Assembly: GCF_902713615.1 (NCBI RefSeq)
Contig: NW_024055479.1
Coordinates: 248,001-312,000 of the forward strand
Source of the DNA: Scyliorhinus canicula
Taxonomy: Eukaryota
Direction: 5' to 3'
Length of the DNA stretch: 64,000 bases
Shown one piece after another: positions 24,245-36,306 of the stretch; position 1 is the first letter of the stretch; each line of letters begins with the position of its first letter. The notes under the pieces are model-generated. The model searched no databases, was not told the DNA's origin, and worked only from the letters and a program-made list of their open reading frames with translations. A program made the position numbers and the translations under genes.

Positions 24245-25005
24245 TGAGCAAGGCTAGGAGAGTGGGCAAAGAAGTGGCAGATGGAATACAATATGGAAAA
24301 GTGTGAGGTTATGCACTTTGGAAGGAGAAATGGAGGCATAGACTATTCTCTAAATGGGAAAATGCTGAGGAAATCACAAGCACAAAGGGACTTGGGAGAC
24401 CTTGTTCAAGATTCTCTTCAGGTTCACGTGCAGGTGCACTGCAGCCTCACGGCGCCGACGTCCCAGGTTCGATCCCGGCTCTGCGTCACTGTCCGTGTGG
24501 AGTTTGTACACTCTCCCTGTGTTTGCGTAGGTTTCGCCCCCACAACTCAAAGATGTGCAGAGTAGGTGGATTGGCCACGTTAAAATTCCCCTTAATTGGA
24601 AAAAATGAATTGGGTACTCTAAATTTTTTTTTTAAAGGTTAACGTGCAGGTTCAGTCGGCAGTTAGGAAGGCAAATGCAATGTATTCAGGTTGAGTAGGT
24701 GAGAATACAAGACCAGGGATGTACTTCTGAGGCTATATAAGGCTCTGATGAGACCCATTTGGAGTATTAAGTGCAGTTTTGGGCCCCATATCTAAGGAAG
24801 GCTGTGTTGGCCTTGGAAAGGGTCCAGAGGAGGTCACAGGAATGATTCCTGGAATCAAGAGCTTGTCAAATGAAGAATGGTTGAGGACTCTGGGTCTGTA
24901 CTCATTGGAGTTTAGAAGGATATGGGGGTATCTTATTAAAACTTACAGGATACTGCGAGGCCTGGGTAGAGTGGACATGGAGAAGATGTTTCCACTTGTC
25001 GGAAA
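24245..25005 (+). mobile_element. CR1 RT C-terminal fragment interrupted by a V-SINE (24435-24636)
   Basis: MEYNMEKCEVMHFGRRN...RDLG..V and LGLYSLEFRR segments. Confidence 0.85.
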
Positions 25006-25500
25006 TTATTCCTTAAAACTCTCCAAAAATGCTTTTGGCAGGAAAATCGGCAGGCATTGGAAAATAAACAGAAATCGCGGCAACATGTTCATTTTAACCA
25101 ACCCTCCAGTGCCCCCCCCCCCCAATCCTGAGCAACCTGCACCTAAAGTGAACCCCTGCCCTACGTAATGGCAGCCACCCCACCCCTGCCCACACCCCAG
25201 CCGAAACATCAGAAAATACTCACACTTGTCTAGATTTAATTTGTTCCCCGAGAAAGACCCAAACACCCGAAACAGCTCCAATATTCCCCCTCCTGACACA
25301 CTCGGTTCCGACACATATAATAACAAGTCATCGGAAGACAAGGGCACCCTGTGCTCCATTCAACCCCCCCCCCCCCCCCCCGCACTATCCCATTCCATAC
25401 CCCAAATGTCTTAATGCAATGGCCAATGGCTCAATCGTGAGTGCAAACAGCAGGGGTGGTGTGGGGGTGGGGTGGGGGGGGGGGGGGCATAGGACATATC
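25006..25500 (-). mobile_element. Internally deleted L1/Tx1-like ORF2 fragment
   Basis: HRVPLSSDDLLLY...FGSFSGNKLNLDK...PRFLFIFQCLPIFLPKAF matches the L1 at 42521..44782. Confidence 0.8.
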
Positions 25501-25554
25501 TGCCTAGTCCCACGGTGGAGAGAAAAGTATCTTTAGTTGATGTTTTTGTGCGGA

Positions 25555-26300
25555 CCAATCCCAAACCGCTCCAGAACTGCTATCAAGTGCCCCTATTCTA
25601 TTTGGTCAAATGCGTGCTTGCCGTCCAATGCTACTACTTTACCCTTAATGAATTGCATCTTCATCTTGTGCAGCAACCTTTTGAAAATGTAAATCGCTTA
25701 TTGTCACGAGTAGGCTTTAATGAAGTTACTGTGAAAAGCCCCTAGTCGCCACATTCCGGCGTCTGTCTGGGGAGGCTGGTACAGGAATCAAACCGTGCTG
25801 CTGGCCTGCTTTAAAGGCCAGCGATTTAACCCAGTGAGTTAAACCAGCCCCTCCAGTGAGCTAAACCAGCCCCTGTGTGGCACCTTGTCAAAGGCTTTCT
25901 GGAAATCCAGATATACCACATCCATTGGCTCCCTGTTATCTACTGCACTGGTAATGTCCTCAAAAAATTCCACTAAATTAGTTAGGCACGACCTGCCCTT
26001 TATGAACCCATGCTACGTCTGCCCAATGGAACAATTTCTATCCAGATGCCTCGCTATTTCTTCCTTGATGATAGATTCCAGCATTTTCCCTACTACTGAA
26101 GTTAAGCTCACTGGCCTATAATTTCCTGCTCTCTGCCTACCTCCTTTTTTAAACAGTGGTGTCACATTTGCTCATTTCCAATCCATAGGGACTATCCCAG
26201 AGTCTAGTGAATTTTGGTATATTATCACTAGTGCATTTGCAATTTCCCTAGCCATCCCTTTTAGCACTCTGGGATGCATTCCATCAGGGCCAGGAGACTT
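25555..26300 (-). mobile_element. CR1 RT fragment interrupted by a short SINE (25682-25875)
   Basis: Near-identical to 20980-21420 of the CR1 copy. Confidence 0.85.
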
Positions 26301-26389
26301 ACTAATGTAACATAAGTGGAAACAGGCAGTCTTAGTGATAGCACAGACAGGAGTCCAAAGATGTTCAGGTTAGGTGGATTGGCCAAGTT

Positions 26390-27085
26390 CCACACGCATG
26401 GGTACGGCCTCAACCGGGACCTTAGATTCATGTTGCATTACATTCATGCCCTCAACATCTGGCCTGGGCTTACAAAGTCCTACCAACTGTGCTGGCTTGA
26501 GACAATTCACATCTCTTTAACCTGTGATTAGCCCTCTCTCCAATTGCACCATCTGGATCTGTAAAGATTTAATTACCTGCAAAAACTCGCATTCAAAGTA
26601 TCATCTTGCATCATTGAATTTGTCTATATATGTTTTTTTTCATAGAATTTAGTGCAGAAAGAGGCCATTCGGCCCATCGAGTCTGCACCGGCTCTTGGAA
26701 AGAGCACCCTACCCAAGGTCAACACCTCCTCCTATCCCAATAACCCCACCCAACACTAAGGGCAATTTATCATGGCCAATCCACCTAACCTGCACATCTT
26801 TGGACTGTGGGAGGAAACCGGAGCACCCGGAGGAAACCCACGCAGACACGGGGAGGATGTGCAGACTCCCACAGACAGTGACCCGAGCCGGAATCGAACC
26901 TGGGACCCTGGAGCTGTGAAGCCATTGTGCTATCCACAATGCTACCGTGCTGCCCTCTTCATTCACCTGAGGAAGGAGTTGTGCTCCAAAAGCTAGTGAT
27001 GTGACACAAACCTATTGGACTTGAACCTGGTGTTATAAGACTTCTTCTGTGCCCACCCCAGGCCAATGCCGGCATCTCCACATCT
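26390..27085 (+). mobile_element. Penelope 3' end / terminal repeat interrupted by an HE1 SINE (26641-26955, minus)
   Basis: HGYGLNRDLRFMLHY; 3' UTR similar to 18270-18575; degenerate hammerhead at 26964-26998. Confidence 0.8.
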
Positions 27086-28574
27086 AGACTAGTAAAGCAG
27101 AGAACCAGGCTGAAGCTCCGGGGATCGGGGTTCCACACGGCAGATTAACGCAGCAACCCAATTCAAGGGCAATTCAGGATGGGTGTAAATGAATAATGAA
27201 AATGTCAATCATGTAACTTTTCCACACACAGAAATGAATGGGCTTTGATAATGTTTCTGTGCGGGTTTAAACCGAGGGCCTTTGAGCAAACATGATAATC
27301 ACTACACTACAGAAACAGGAAACATCGCTTAGTGCACTGACCGAGAATAGTAAACTATGCGTCCTTATTGCCCTGAAGAACCTGCTGTTGTGGGAGTACA
27401 ATTTGGCTGAAAATTAGGCAACTGGCGGAGAAATTGATCTGACATTAGAATCATAAAATGCCACAGCACATTAGAAAACCATTCACAACTAATACCTGTG
27501 AACTCTGAAAGCGATTCCTGCCATTCTCCATCACAGAGTATTTTGCAAGGTAATGCATTTGTTTAACTATTGAACAATAAATAACAATGATACAACTTAT
27601 CTGCAAATGTTAATGTGTAACGTCAATAATGTTTCGAATAATAATATGGGACATTTGGTGTGTGAGGGGAACGTGATAACCAGTACACTGAAAAAACAGC
27701 TGATTCGCAATGAGCCCATTGGACTGGTGTTTGGAAAATATGTTGTGTTATCTGTAAAAGTGATAAAAGTCGAATCAAAATATAGATTGAAAAAGAGCAA
27801 ATCGATTAGTCTCAATGCCTTTCTTTCTTTCTGTGATCTTGAGGATTCTCTATTCCAATTATTCTTCCAATTTGCTTTTGAAAAAGGAGTTTCTGCAGAA
27901 TCCTTGCTCAGTCTGATTTAATGACAATGTTCCCCATGTCCAATGACCAGAAGATTTGGACATTCAGATGGTGTAGTTTATGATATAAACATTATGTAAT
28001 CATGCAATTGGTTTCATATTGAATTTACAAAAGTGTATTTTTCTGCTGAAGCAACTTGTTATTATTTCTGAGTTGATAACAGAATTTAATACATTTGATC
28101 TACATCCTGTTTACAGAGTCTGTCTATTAGAGAGGGATTTGTAAAGTGTAACAAAGCCTTCTAGAGATGACTTTGCTGAAGTAGTTTACTTTATTAGATT
28201 TCAAATTAACTATGAAATGTAGACATGACCGCTCAGCAAATATCTACGGGCGAAATGATTTCCTATCATTCAGTAATAATATCATTCTTATATTCCTTTG
28301 AAAAACATCAAACAATTTTGCTCAGTATTTGTTCCATTACTCCAAACGTGATATTATTTGATATTTATGTCCTCATCCTAAAATGTGACTCTCTGAAATA
28401 TACAACATTTAATTGCAAACATGACTGACAAAATAAATTGAGTCACTGGGTAATATAAGTTCTGTTGAGTTCATTTGAGATTGCCCATGTCAGTTTTTAA
28501 ACACAATCAAATATCTTCACAGGTAGGAGATTAAAGAATGATAAATTTATTATATTTGACCCTCTTTGTTCTGG

Positions 28575-28835
28575 GTATGAAATGAGATGAGGAGAAATTT
28601 CTTCAACCAGATAGTGGTTAGTCTGTGGAAATTCTTATCACAGGATATAGTTGAGGCCAATACGTTCTTTGTTTTCAAGAAGCAGTTAGATATAGCACTG
28701 AGGGCGAAAGGGATCAAAGGATATGGAGGGGAAAGCGGGATTAGGCTATGGAGTTGGATGATAAGCCATGATCATAATGAATGTCAGAGCAGGTGCCAAG
28801 GCCAAATGATCTCTTCCTGCTCCTATTTTCTATGT
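28575..28835 (+). mobile_element. CR1 3' end
   Basis: MRRNFFNQIVVSLW...GIKGYG followed by a CR1-type 3' UTR. Confidence 0.85.
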
Positions 28836-28849
28836 AATCCCTTCCCTCA

Positions 28850-29800
28850 CTAAGAGCAGGTGAACGGTCTCTCCCCAGTGTGAACTCGCTGATGTTTCTG
28901 CAAACTGGATAAAGCACGGAATCTCTGTCCACACTGAGAGCAGGTGAATGGCTTCTCCCCAGTGTGAACTCGCTGGTGTGTCTGCAGATTGAATAATTGT
29001 GCGAATCCCTTCCCACACTGAGAGCAGGTGAATGGCCTCTCGCCAGTGTGAACACGCTGATGTCTCCGCAGACTGGATAAATCACTGAACCCCTTCCCAC
29101 ATTGAGAGCAGGTGAATGGCCTCTCTCCACTGTGGACTCGCTGGTGTGTCTGCAGACTGGATAACCAAGTGAATCCCTGCCCACACTGAGAGCAGATGAA
29201 TGGCCTCTCCCCAGTGTGAACTCGCTGGTGTCTCAGCAGATTGGATAAATCATTGAATCCCTTCCCACACTGAGAGCAGGTGAATGGCCTCTCCTCAGTG
29301 TGAACTCGCTGATGTCTCCGCAGGCTGGATAAATCACTGAATCCCTTCCCACACTGAGAGCAGGTGAATGGCTTCTCTCCAGTGTGAATTCGCTGGTGTG
29401 TCCGCAGGTTGGATGAATCAATGAATCCCTTCCCACACTGAGAGCAGGTGAATGGCTTCTCCCCAGTGTGAGTTCGCTGGTGTGTCTGCAGATTGAATAA
29501 TTGTGTGAATCCTTTCCCACACTGAGAGCAGGTGAATGGCCTCTCCCCAGTGTGAACTCGCTGGTGTGACTGCAGACTGGATGACTGTGTGAAACCCTTC
29601 CCACACTGAGAGCAGGTAAATGGTTTCTCCCCAGTGTGAACTCGCTGGTGTGCCTGAAGGTTAGATAACTGAGTGAATCCTTTCCCACATTTAGAGCAGG
29701 TGAACGGCCTCTCCCCAGTGTGAATGCGCTGATGAATCTCCAGCTTAGACGGGACTCTGAATCCCTTCCCACAGTCCCCACATTTCCACGGTTTCTCCAT
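28850..29800 (-). CDS. KRAB-less C2H2 zinc-finger protein, 11 complete fingers (316 aa), stop inside a 12th finger
   Basis: MEKPWKC start, canonical TGE[KR]PF linkers; TAG (from CAG) at 28850-28852 next to a CR1 insertion; family acceptor cassette near 30170-30240. Confidence 0.8.
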   Translation of the reverse strand: MEKPWKCGDCGKGFRVPSKLEIHQRIHTGERPFTCSKCGKGFTQLSNLQAHQRVHTGEKPFTCSQCGKGFTQSSSLQSHQRVHTGERPFTCSQCGKGFTQLFNLQTHQRTHTGEKPFTCSQCGKGFIDSSNLRTHQRIHTGEKPFTCSQCGKGFSDLSSLRRHQRVHTEERPFTCSQCGKGFNDLSNLLRHQRVHTGERPFICSQCGQGFTWLSSLQTHQRVHSGERPFTCSQCGKGFSDLSSLRRHQRVHTGERPFTCSQCGKGFAQLFNLQTHQRVHTGEKPFTCSQCGQRFRALSSLQKHQRVHTGERPFTCS

Positions 29801-30410
29801 GTTTTAGGTCTCCTCGTGTCTCTCCAGATTGGACAATCAGTTGAAGCCTTGTCTGCACACAGAACATGTGCACTGTCTCTCCTCACTGTGAATGGGGTGA
29901 TGTTTTTTCAGGCTGTGTATCTGGTTGAAGCTCTTTCCACAATCAACTCACTGGAACTCTCTCATTCGGGTGTGTGTTGTGTGGGTCTCGGTGCTTTTCC
30001 AGTCACACTCATATTTAAAATCTTCTGAAGCCGATAGATCGGACAAACATTTCTCCTTCTTGCCGACGATATTCAGAGCTCAATGATATTCAGATCAGAA
30101 GGAATCGAATAAGTTTGTCACTTCGCGACATGATGTTTGAGATTATGTCTATAATTCCACCTCTTCCAATATCCTTTAAAAACAATTAACAAAAGTTATC
30201 ATTGTTCGTACAGGATAGAAATTCAGAACAGACAATTCTAGTTCCTATGGAATATTATTTCCTCTCTCATTGTAAATCTCCATCACACACAATCTCCCTC
30301 CATTCTCACTCTGCTGTATTTAATATTCACCCTCCCAATTCTCCTGAAGGTGCTGATTCATGTTGATTGACAGATCCAAGCTCAGCTCACTGCTTCCTGA
30401 CCAGGACACA

Positions 30411-30726
30411 GGGGCCTCACGGTAGCATGGTGGTTAGCATCAATGCTTCACAGCTCCAGGGTCCCAGGTTCGATTCCCGGCTGGGTCACTGTCTGTGTGG
30501 AGTCTGCACGTCCTCCCTGTGTGTGCGTGGGTTTCCTCCGGGTGCTCTGGTTTCCTCCCACAGTCCAAAGATGTGCGGGTTAGGTGGATTGGCCATTCTA
30601 AATTGCCCGTAGTGTAAGGTTAATGGGGGTATTGTTGGGATACGGGTTACGTGGGTTTAAGTAGGGTGATCATTGCTCGGCACAACATCGAGGGCCGAAG
30701 GGCCTGTTCTGTGCTGTACTGTTCTT
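30411..30726 (+). mobile_element. HE1-like V-SINE, full length
   Basis: tRNA head, V-domain and tail ...GGGCCTGTTCTGTGCTGTACTGTTCT. Confidence 0.9.
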
Positions 30727-30729
30727 CTA

Positions 30730-31428
30730 TTAGAATAGGAGCAGGAGTAGGCCATTCAGCCCACCGATTCTGCTCAACCACTCAATGAGATCCTTGGCCG
30801 ATCTACCTCAACACTATTTTCCCACACAATCCCCATATCCCTTGATATCTTCAATATCTAGAAACCTATCAATATTTGTCTTGAACATACCTGGTGACTG
30901 AGGCTCCACATTCTTCTGGGACAGAGAATTCCAAAGCTTCACCACTTCCTGAGTGAAGAAATCCCTCCTCAGCTCAGCTTTCTGTCTATTTTCCTGCCTG
31001 AACCCCATAACCCTTAACTCCATTGTCCATCAAATATCTGTCAAACCCGTGTTTGAATATAATCAATGACCCCCAGACTTCGCTGCTCACTGTGTAGAGA
31101 AATCCAAAGACAAACCTTCAGAACATCATATTCATTTTTATTGCCACAAGTAGGCTTACATTAACACTGCAATGAAGTTACTGTGAAAAGCCACTAGTCG
31201 CCACATTCCGGCACCTGTTTGGGTACACAGGGAGAATTCTGAATCTCCAGATTACCTAACAGCACATCTTTCCTTCCCACTTGTGGGAGGAAACCAGAGC
31301 ACCGGGAGGAAACCATGCAGACACGGGGAGAATGTGCAGACTCCGCACAGACAGTGACCCAAGTGGGAATCGAAGCCAGGTCCCTGGCGATGTGAAGCAA
31401 CAGTGCTAACCACTGTGCAACCGTGCCA
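30730..31428 (-). mobile_element. CR1 3'-end fragments (30730-31110) and a V-SINE (31135-31428)
   Basis: LRRDFFTQEVVKLWNSL...IKGYG; SINE core and tail. Confidence 0.8.
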
Positions 31429-31629
31429 CTACATTAGATATATCTCTGCCCAATGTTAATTTACTGTCCCTGAAATGTCAGCCATATCCTGGGGAAACCA
31501 GCCCTTTAATTGGGAACATTAGGAAAGAGATCATCCTTTTAACTTGACAAATAAATGAATCAAGCTGAGGGACACTGCAGCCTGTGAAGTATTTTCGGGC
31601 ACTAGGACCTGGCCTGGAACAGTCTATGA

Positions 31630-31765
31630 AGCCCCGCCCATTACTGACGTCACCACAACCCCGCATGCGCACCGCTCCATCTGAATCAAGATGGCGGCCG
31701 TTAAACTGGGCCTTTTATCGGGAAAAAGACACGATGCTGCAAACGCAGGACCTACAGGTACGTAT
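31630..31765 (+). promoter_or_regulatory. CpG-rich promoter and first exon with a splice donor
   Basis: GC box 31632-31639, CRE TGACGTCA 31645-31652, NRF1-like GCATGCGCA 31663-31671, YY1 CAAGATGGCGGC 31687-31698, donor CAG|GTACGT at 31757/31758. Confidence 0.7.
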
Positions 31766-32739
31766 TCCTGGTTTAGGGCCTTCACGCGGTGTTTAAAAAC
31801 TCCCTTCTTCCAGAGCTGGCTCTATCGCTTCGTTCGGATTGCCACATCCTTACCCGCTGCCGAGGACACAAAGAAGCGTCTCTTTCCCAGGCGGCATCAC
31901 ATACTGCGCATGCTCCAACTACTCCCAGGCAATGCACCTGCGCAATGCTGTCCTGCGGTGTCGATAGGGGACATTCACCACCGCGGGGAATGCCGGTTAA
32001 TGAACACGCCATTCATCATCCCAATTAGTGAATAGTGATTTTTGTTTGCTATGTTGTGAAGATTGGGTGGATGGGATAAAAATTATACATAAATCCAAGT
32101 GAGCAGGCCCTCAATTATAAACCAGAACAAAGGGGAGTACAAATTAATTTTCATTGAGGTATAATGAAAAGTATTGGGCTGGACCAAGTCCCCACGCCAG
32201 CGTGCAAGAGTTGGTGTTTTACGCCAGGAAAATTGGCACAAAACAGCCACTGATTCCCTGCTCCGAGGGAGGGAGAGGGAGTCGGGGACTAGCAGGGAGG
32301 CAGCATATAGCTCCCATCTCTAGATTCTGATACAGCCTGGAGGATTGCTGGGTCCGTGGCCGCACATGCGCAGGGTGAGACCAGCAGCGGCCTCGCTGTG
32401 CTTCACGGCAGACCATGCCCGGGACCCGGACCGCAAAAGTAGTATCCCCTTAGGCCGCTCGCATGCCCCGGACCTCCCCCCTACAGTGCTCCCAGTTGAA
32501 GCCCTCCCTGCTCGCGGATCGGCCCTACCCCGACTGAATATGATGCAAGGTTGCCGAACGGCTGGGACCATGAGAATCCGACGTCGTCGCGAACTCGGCC
32601 GATTGGAGACGGAGCATTCCGGGGCGGTCCTCCGGCAATCGCCTCAGGCCATGCCGCATGCGGAGTACTCCAAGAATACACCGATTTTCAGGAGGCAGAG
32701 CTTCCGAAAACTGGTGCCAATCCCGATTTCGCCGTCAAA

Positions 32740-33220
32740 ACAGATTCAATAAAATCAGGGCTGAATTGGTTGTGGTCTCAGTTCCCCTTGCCTGTCTGCA
32801 CCACCAACCCCTGCACCCAGAACCCTTGTCTCCCTTGTCTATCAAAAATCTGTCTTAACTCTGCCTTAAATAAATTCAATATCCCAGCCTCCACTGTTCT
32901 CTGGGAAGTGAATTCCACAGACTAATGAACTTCGGGGAAAAAAAATTATCCTCATTTTAGCCTTCATGTTCTCCCCATCTCTCATTCTTTTTTTTTCTTT
33001 TTTTAAAAGTAAATTTCGAGTACCCAATTATTTCTTCCAATTAAGGGGCAATTTAGCATGGCCAATCCACCTAACTTGCACATCTTTGGGTTGTGGGGGT
33101 GAAACCCATGCAAACACGGGGAGAATGTGCAAACGCCACATGGACAGTGACCCAGGGCCGAGATTCGAACCCAGGTCCTCAGCACTGTAAGCAGCAATGC
33201 TAACCACTGTACTGCCCCCC
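32740..33220 (-). mobile_element. CR1 3'-end fragment plus V-SINE (32995-33220)
   Basis: Similarity to the other CR1 tails and SINE cores in the window. Confidence 0.75.
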
Positions 33221-33779
33221 ATGTCTCATTCTTAAAGTGTGTCACCTCGTTCTAGTCTTTCCCACGGGTCCAAACCGCAGTTGACTTGTTGGGTCCGGAA
33301 ATTTCCAATGTGGGACACTAAAGGGAGGTAGGTTCCAGGAGAAATTATTTTTTAAGCAGACGTTGTCCAACATTGCAATAGAATACAGCATTGTTTGATT
33401 AACAAGTATATCCATTGAGTGTTTCAAGCTACAACGGTGTTCCAAAATACATTTGGTAGAATTGCAGAATTTCCATTCACTGACGATGGAGGAACAGGGA
33501 TAAATGTCCAACTCAGAATGATGTGTGACTGGAAGAGGATTTGTAGGTGATGGTGTTTGTCTACACCGGTGCCCTCATCTTTGTAGCTGGTGCGGTGACA
33601 GGTTCTGTTAATGTCCTGGCAAACTCTTGTGTAGGTTCAGAGCTGATGGCAGGTACCTTTCCCGGAAGGATATTAACATCGCAGTTGGGTTTTTACAATA
33701 ATCCAGCAGTTTCATGATCTCCTTTTCTAATGCTGGTCCCATCGATTCTGCCCAATGTCACAACCTGTCTACTTGTTTT

Positions 33780-34262
33780 TGTGGCCTCTCTGTTATGCTC
33801 CCTTTTTGCTTTCTTAAGACCATATTAAAGAGGTAGAAAATTTAAGACAGACTTGAGGAGAAACTACTTCTCCCAAATGGTTGTGAATCTGTGGAATTCG
33901 CTACCCCAGAGTGCGGTGGATGCAGGGACAGTGAGTAAATTTATGGAGAAGTTAGACAGATTTTTAATTGGTAATGGGGATAAAGGTTTATGGAGAACGG
34001 GCAGAACATTGGAGTTGAGGCACTACGAGATCAGCCATGATCACATTGAAGGTGTTTAGGCTCTGGATGCTAAATTGCCTACTCCTGCTCCTAGGTCATG
34101 TGTTCTAGGGAGGAGATGCTCTAGCTGATTTTGCAATCCAGCTCCTGCTCTGCAGATGAGGTGACAGATGAGAAACATATCAGCCATGATAGAATGGCGG
34201 ATCAGACTCACTTATAATAATAATGGGCCAAATGGCCTAATTCTGCTCCTATATCTTCTGAA
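33780..34262 (+). mobile_element. Tandem CR1 3' ends
   Basis: MRRNYFSQMVVNLWNSLP...; two or three CR1-type 3' UTRs. Confidence 0.75.
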
Positions 34263-34439
34263 CTTATGAACTGTTTCTTACTCTCAAATTGAGTGAATCC
34301 TTTGCTGTTTCTCCTCTGGGCCCCATCTCCACTATTATTGTCTGATTGTCCCACTGAGACTCTCACTGTTATTATTGGACAATCAGGGAGTCAGTCAGCC
34401 TGAGCCTGTGGCCGCTCTCACCATCTGGAACCGTCACAA

Positions 34440-34835
34440 TGCCCGGGTGATTGACGACAGCTCTGGACCAATAGGAAGAGCATGGGTGGGGCTGGAGGAC
34501 CGACCGAGCGCGGCTGGTCCTCCAACCAATCGGAGTGAATGAGGGGATTTGATTGAAGCATGCGCAGTGTGGGTAATGGTGATGGACAGCAGCTCCTTGT
34601 TGAGATCTAAAATCGGGAAGAGGCAATTGACGGGGCGGAGGGAGCGAAGAAACATGTGGTTAGGCGGAAAAGCTCCGTAAACATGTTGTGTGAGCTGCAA
34701 ATCTGGGAAAAGAGCTTACCTGACCCAATTTGTGCCGAGCGGGGCTGCAGATCCTCATGTTAGACCCGGGTGAATGGCCACCATCTTTATTGGGGTAAAG
34801 CGCACCAGGGCGCATGTGGAGCCGCCATCTTTGTT
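34440..34835. promoter_or_regulatory. CpG-rich, possibly bidirectional promoter; minus-strand first exon ending at donor 34720/34719
   Basis: CCAAT 34468-34472 and 34526-34530, GCATGCGCA ~34558, GGGGCGG ~34633, YY1 AAGATGGCGGC on the minus strand at 34821-34831, CAG|GTAAG on the minus strand. Confidence 0.65.
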
Positions 34836-34857
34836 GGAGGCAATGTTTTTAAAAAAA

Positions 34858-35305
34858 GAATAATCCTTATCATCACAAGTAGGCATACATTAACACTGCA
34901 ATGAAGTTACTGTGAAAATCCCCTATCGCCACATTTCAGCGCCTGTTGGGGTACACAGAGCGTGAATTCAGAATGTCCAAATTACCTAACAGCACATCTT
35001 CACACTCTGCACAGACAGTGACCCAAGCCAAGAATCGAACCTAGGACCCTGACGCTGTGAAGCAACAGTGCTAATCACTGTGCTACCGTAGATTGGCCAC
35101 GCTTAATTACTCCTTAATGTCCAGGGATGTGCAGGTTAGGTTCTTGGTTATGGGGATAAGGTGGGTGGATGAGGGAATGTAAATGGGTAGAGCGCTCATT
35201 CGAAGGGTTGGTGCAGACTCAATGGGCCGAATGGCCTCCTTCTGCACTGTTCGGGTACACAGAGGGAGAATTCAGAATGTCCAACTCTCCTAACAGCATG
35301 TCTTT
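34858..35305. mobile_element. Nested V-SINE fragments in both orientations
   Basis: SINE head, core and tail pieces. Confidence 0.75.
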
Positions 35306-35961
35306 TGGGATGTGTTGAAGGAGGTGATTGTTTTGGGAGGCATTTGTTACCCTATGTTCAGAATGAAGCCAACCATCAATCTACATTAGCCTTTGAGTCC
35401 CAACGTCTTATTGTTGAAGCAGAGCAGGAAAAGAAGAGAAAGACGTTCTGCTTTTCAGTTCTCACTACCTCTTGGGCTATTCTCCTCCATGTGTCCAAAG
35501 ACCTACGACTGTGTCCAGTCACATGAAGAACCATGTCAAATCTCTCAACCTACCCTGAGTAAACATCATCCTCGAATAGAGGGACTGCTGATGACATGGA
35601 GGGGCAAAGTGTAGCAGGGAGTATGAGCGTTCATCCTGGACCAGGGAGCAGGAGGAGAGAATGTTGTGAATTTCTATCCTGGACTGACAGTGATTAATTT
35701 TGGAAAATCCTTTTACAGGGGGTTAGAAAGGGAGGATTTACACAAAGCAAACTCAAACCAAGAATAGGTTTACTTTTTTCCTGAATTTCTTGTTTGGACT
35801 GACAAAGATGGCTTTTGTAACTTTCATTTTCAGGGTTTTAGAAAAGGATTTGCAGGCAGGAAACACAAGCGAATCCTGACATCAAACTCCTACAGCATCA
35901 CTCAATTCATCAGTAAGAAGTCTTACAACACCAGGTTAAAGTCCAACAGGTTTGTTTCAAA

Positions 35962-35996
35962 CACGAGCTTTCGGAGCACGGCTCCTTCTTCAGGTG
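35962..35996 (-). ncRNA. Minimal hammerhead ribozyme (downstream copy on the element strand)
   Basis: Minus strand CAC-CTGAAGA-A-GGAGC-CGT-GCTCC-GAAA-GCTC-GTG. Confidence 0.78.
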
Positions 35997-36271
35997 AATG
36001 GAAAGGCTTGTTCCAGAAATGTTTATATAGACACAGTCAGAGATGCCCCGGAATGCGAGCACCTGCAGGCAATCAAATCATCAAAGATGCAGATGTAGAA
36101 ACTGAATGTCAGTGTCTATATGCGCGATCTTCCTGGAGATCCTCTCCACTTTGAGCCGGCAGTTTGCGGTGTCAATGGTAGCCATGATGTGGAGATGCCG
36201 GCGTTGGACTGGGGTGAGCACAGTAAGAAGTCTTACAACACCAGGTTAAAGTCCAACAGGTTTGTTTCAAA

Positions 36272-36306
36272 CACGAGCTTTCGGAGCACGGCTCCTTCTT
36301 CAGGTG
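36272..36306 (-). ncRNA. Minimal hammerhead ribozyme (upstream copy on the element strand)
   Basis: Identical to 35962-35996. Confidence 0.78.

Noticed and set aside
27300-28570. Possible exons in the AT-rich block
   Set aside because: Isolated splice-like signals with no recognisable translation.
29233-30028. Alternative-frame and antisense ORFs over ZNF arrays (also 38078..38554 and 53935..54333)
   Set aside because: Shadow ORFs caused by the 84-bp finger periodicity.
30411-30490. tRNA genes
   Set aside because: The A/B-box sequences are SINE heads continuing into V-domains; no cloverleaf acceptor stem was seen.
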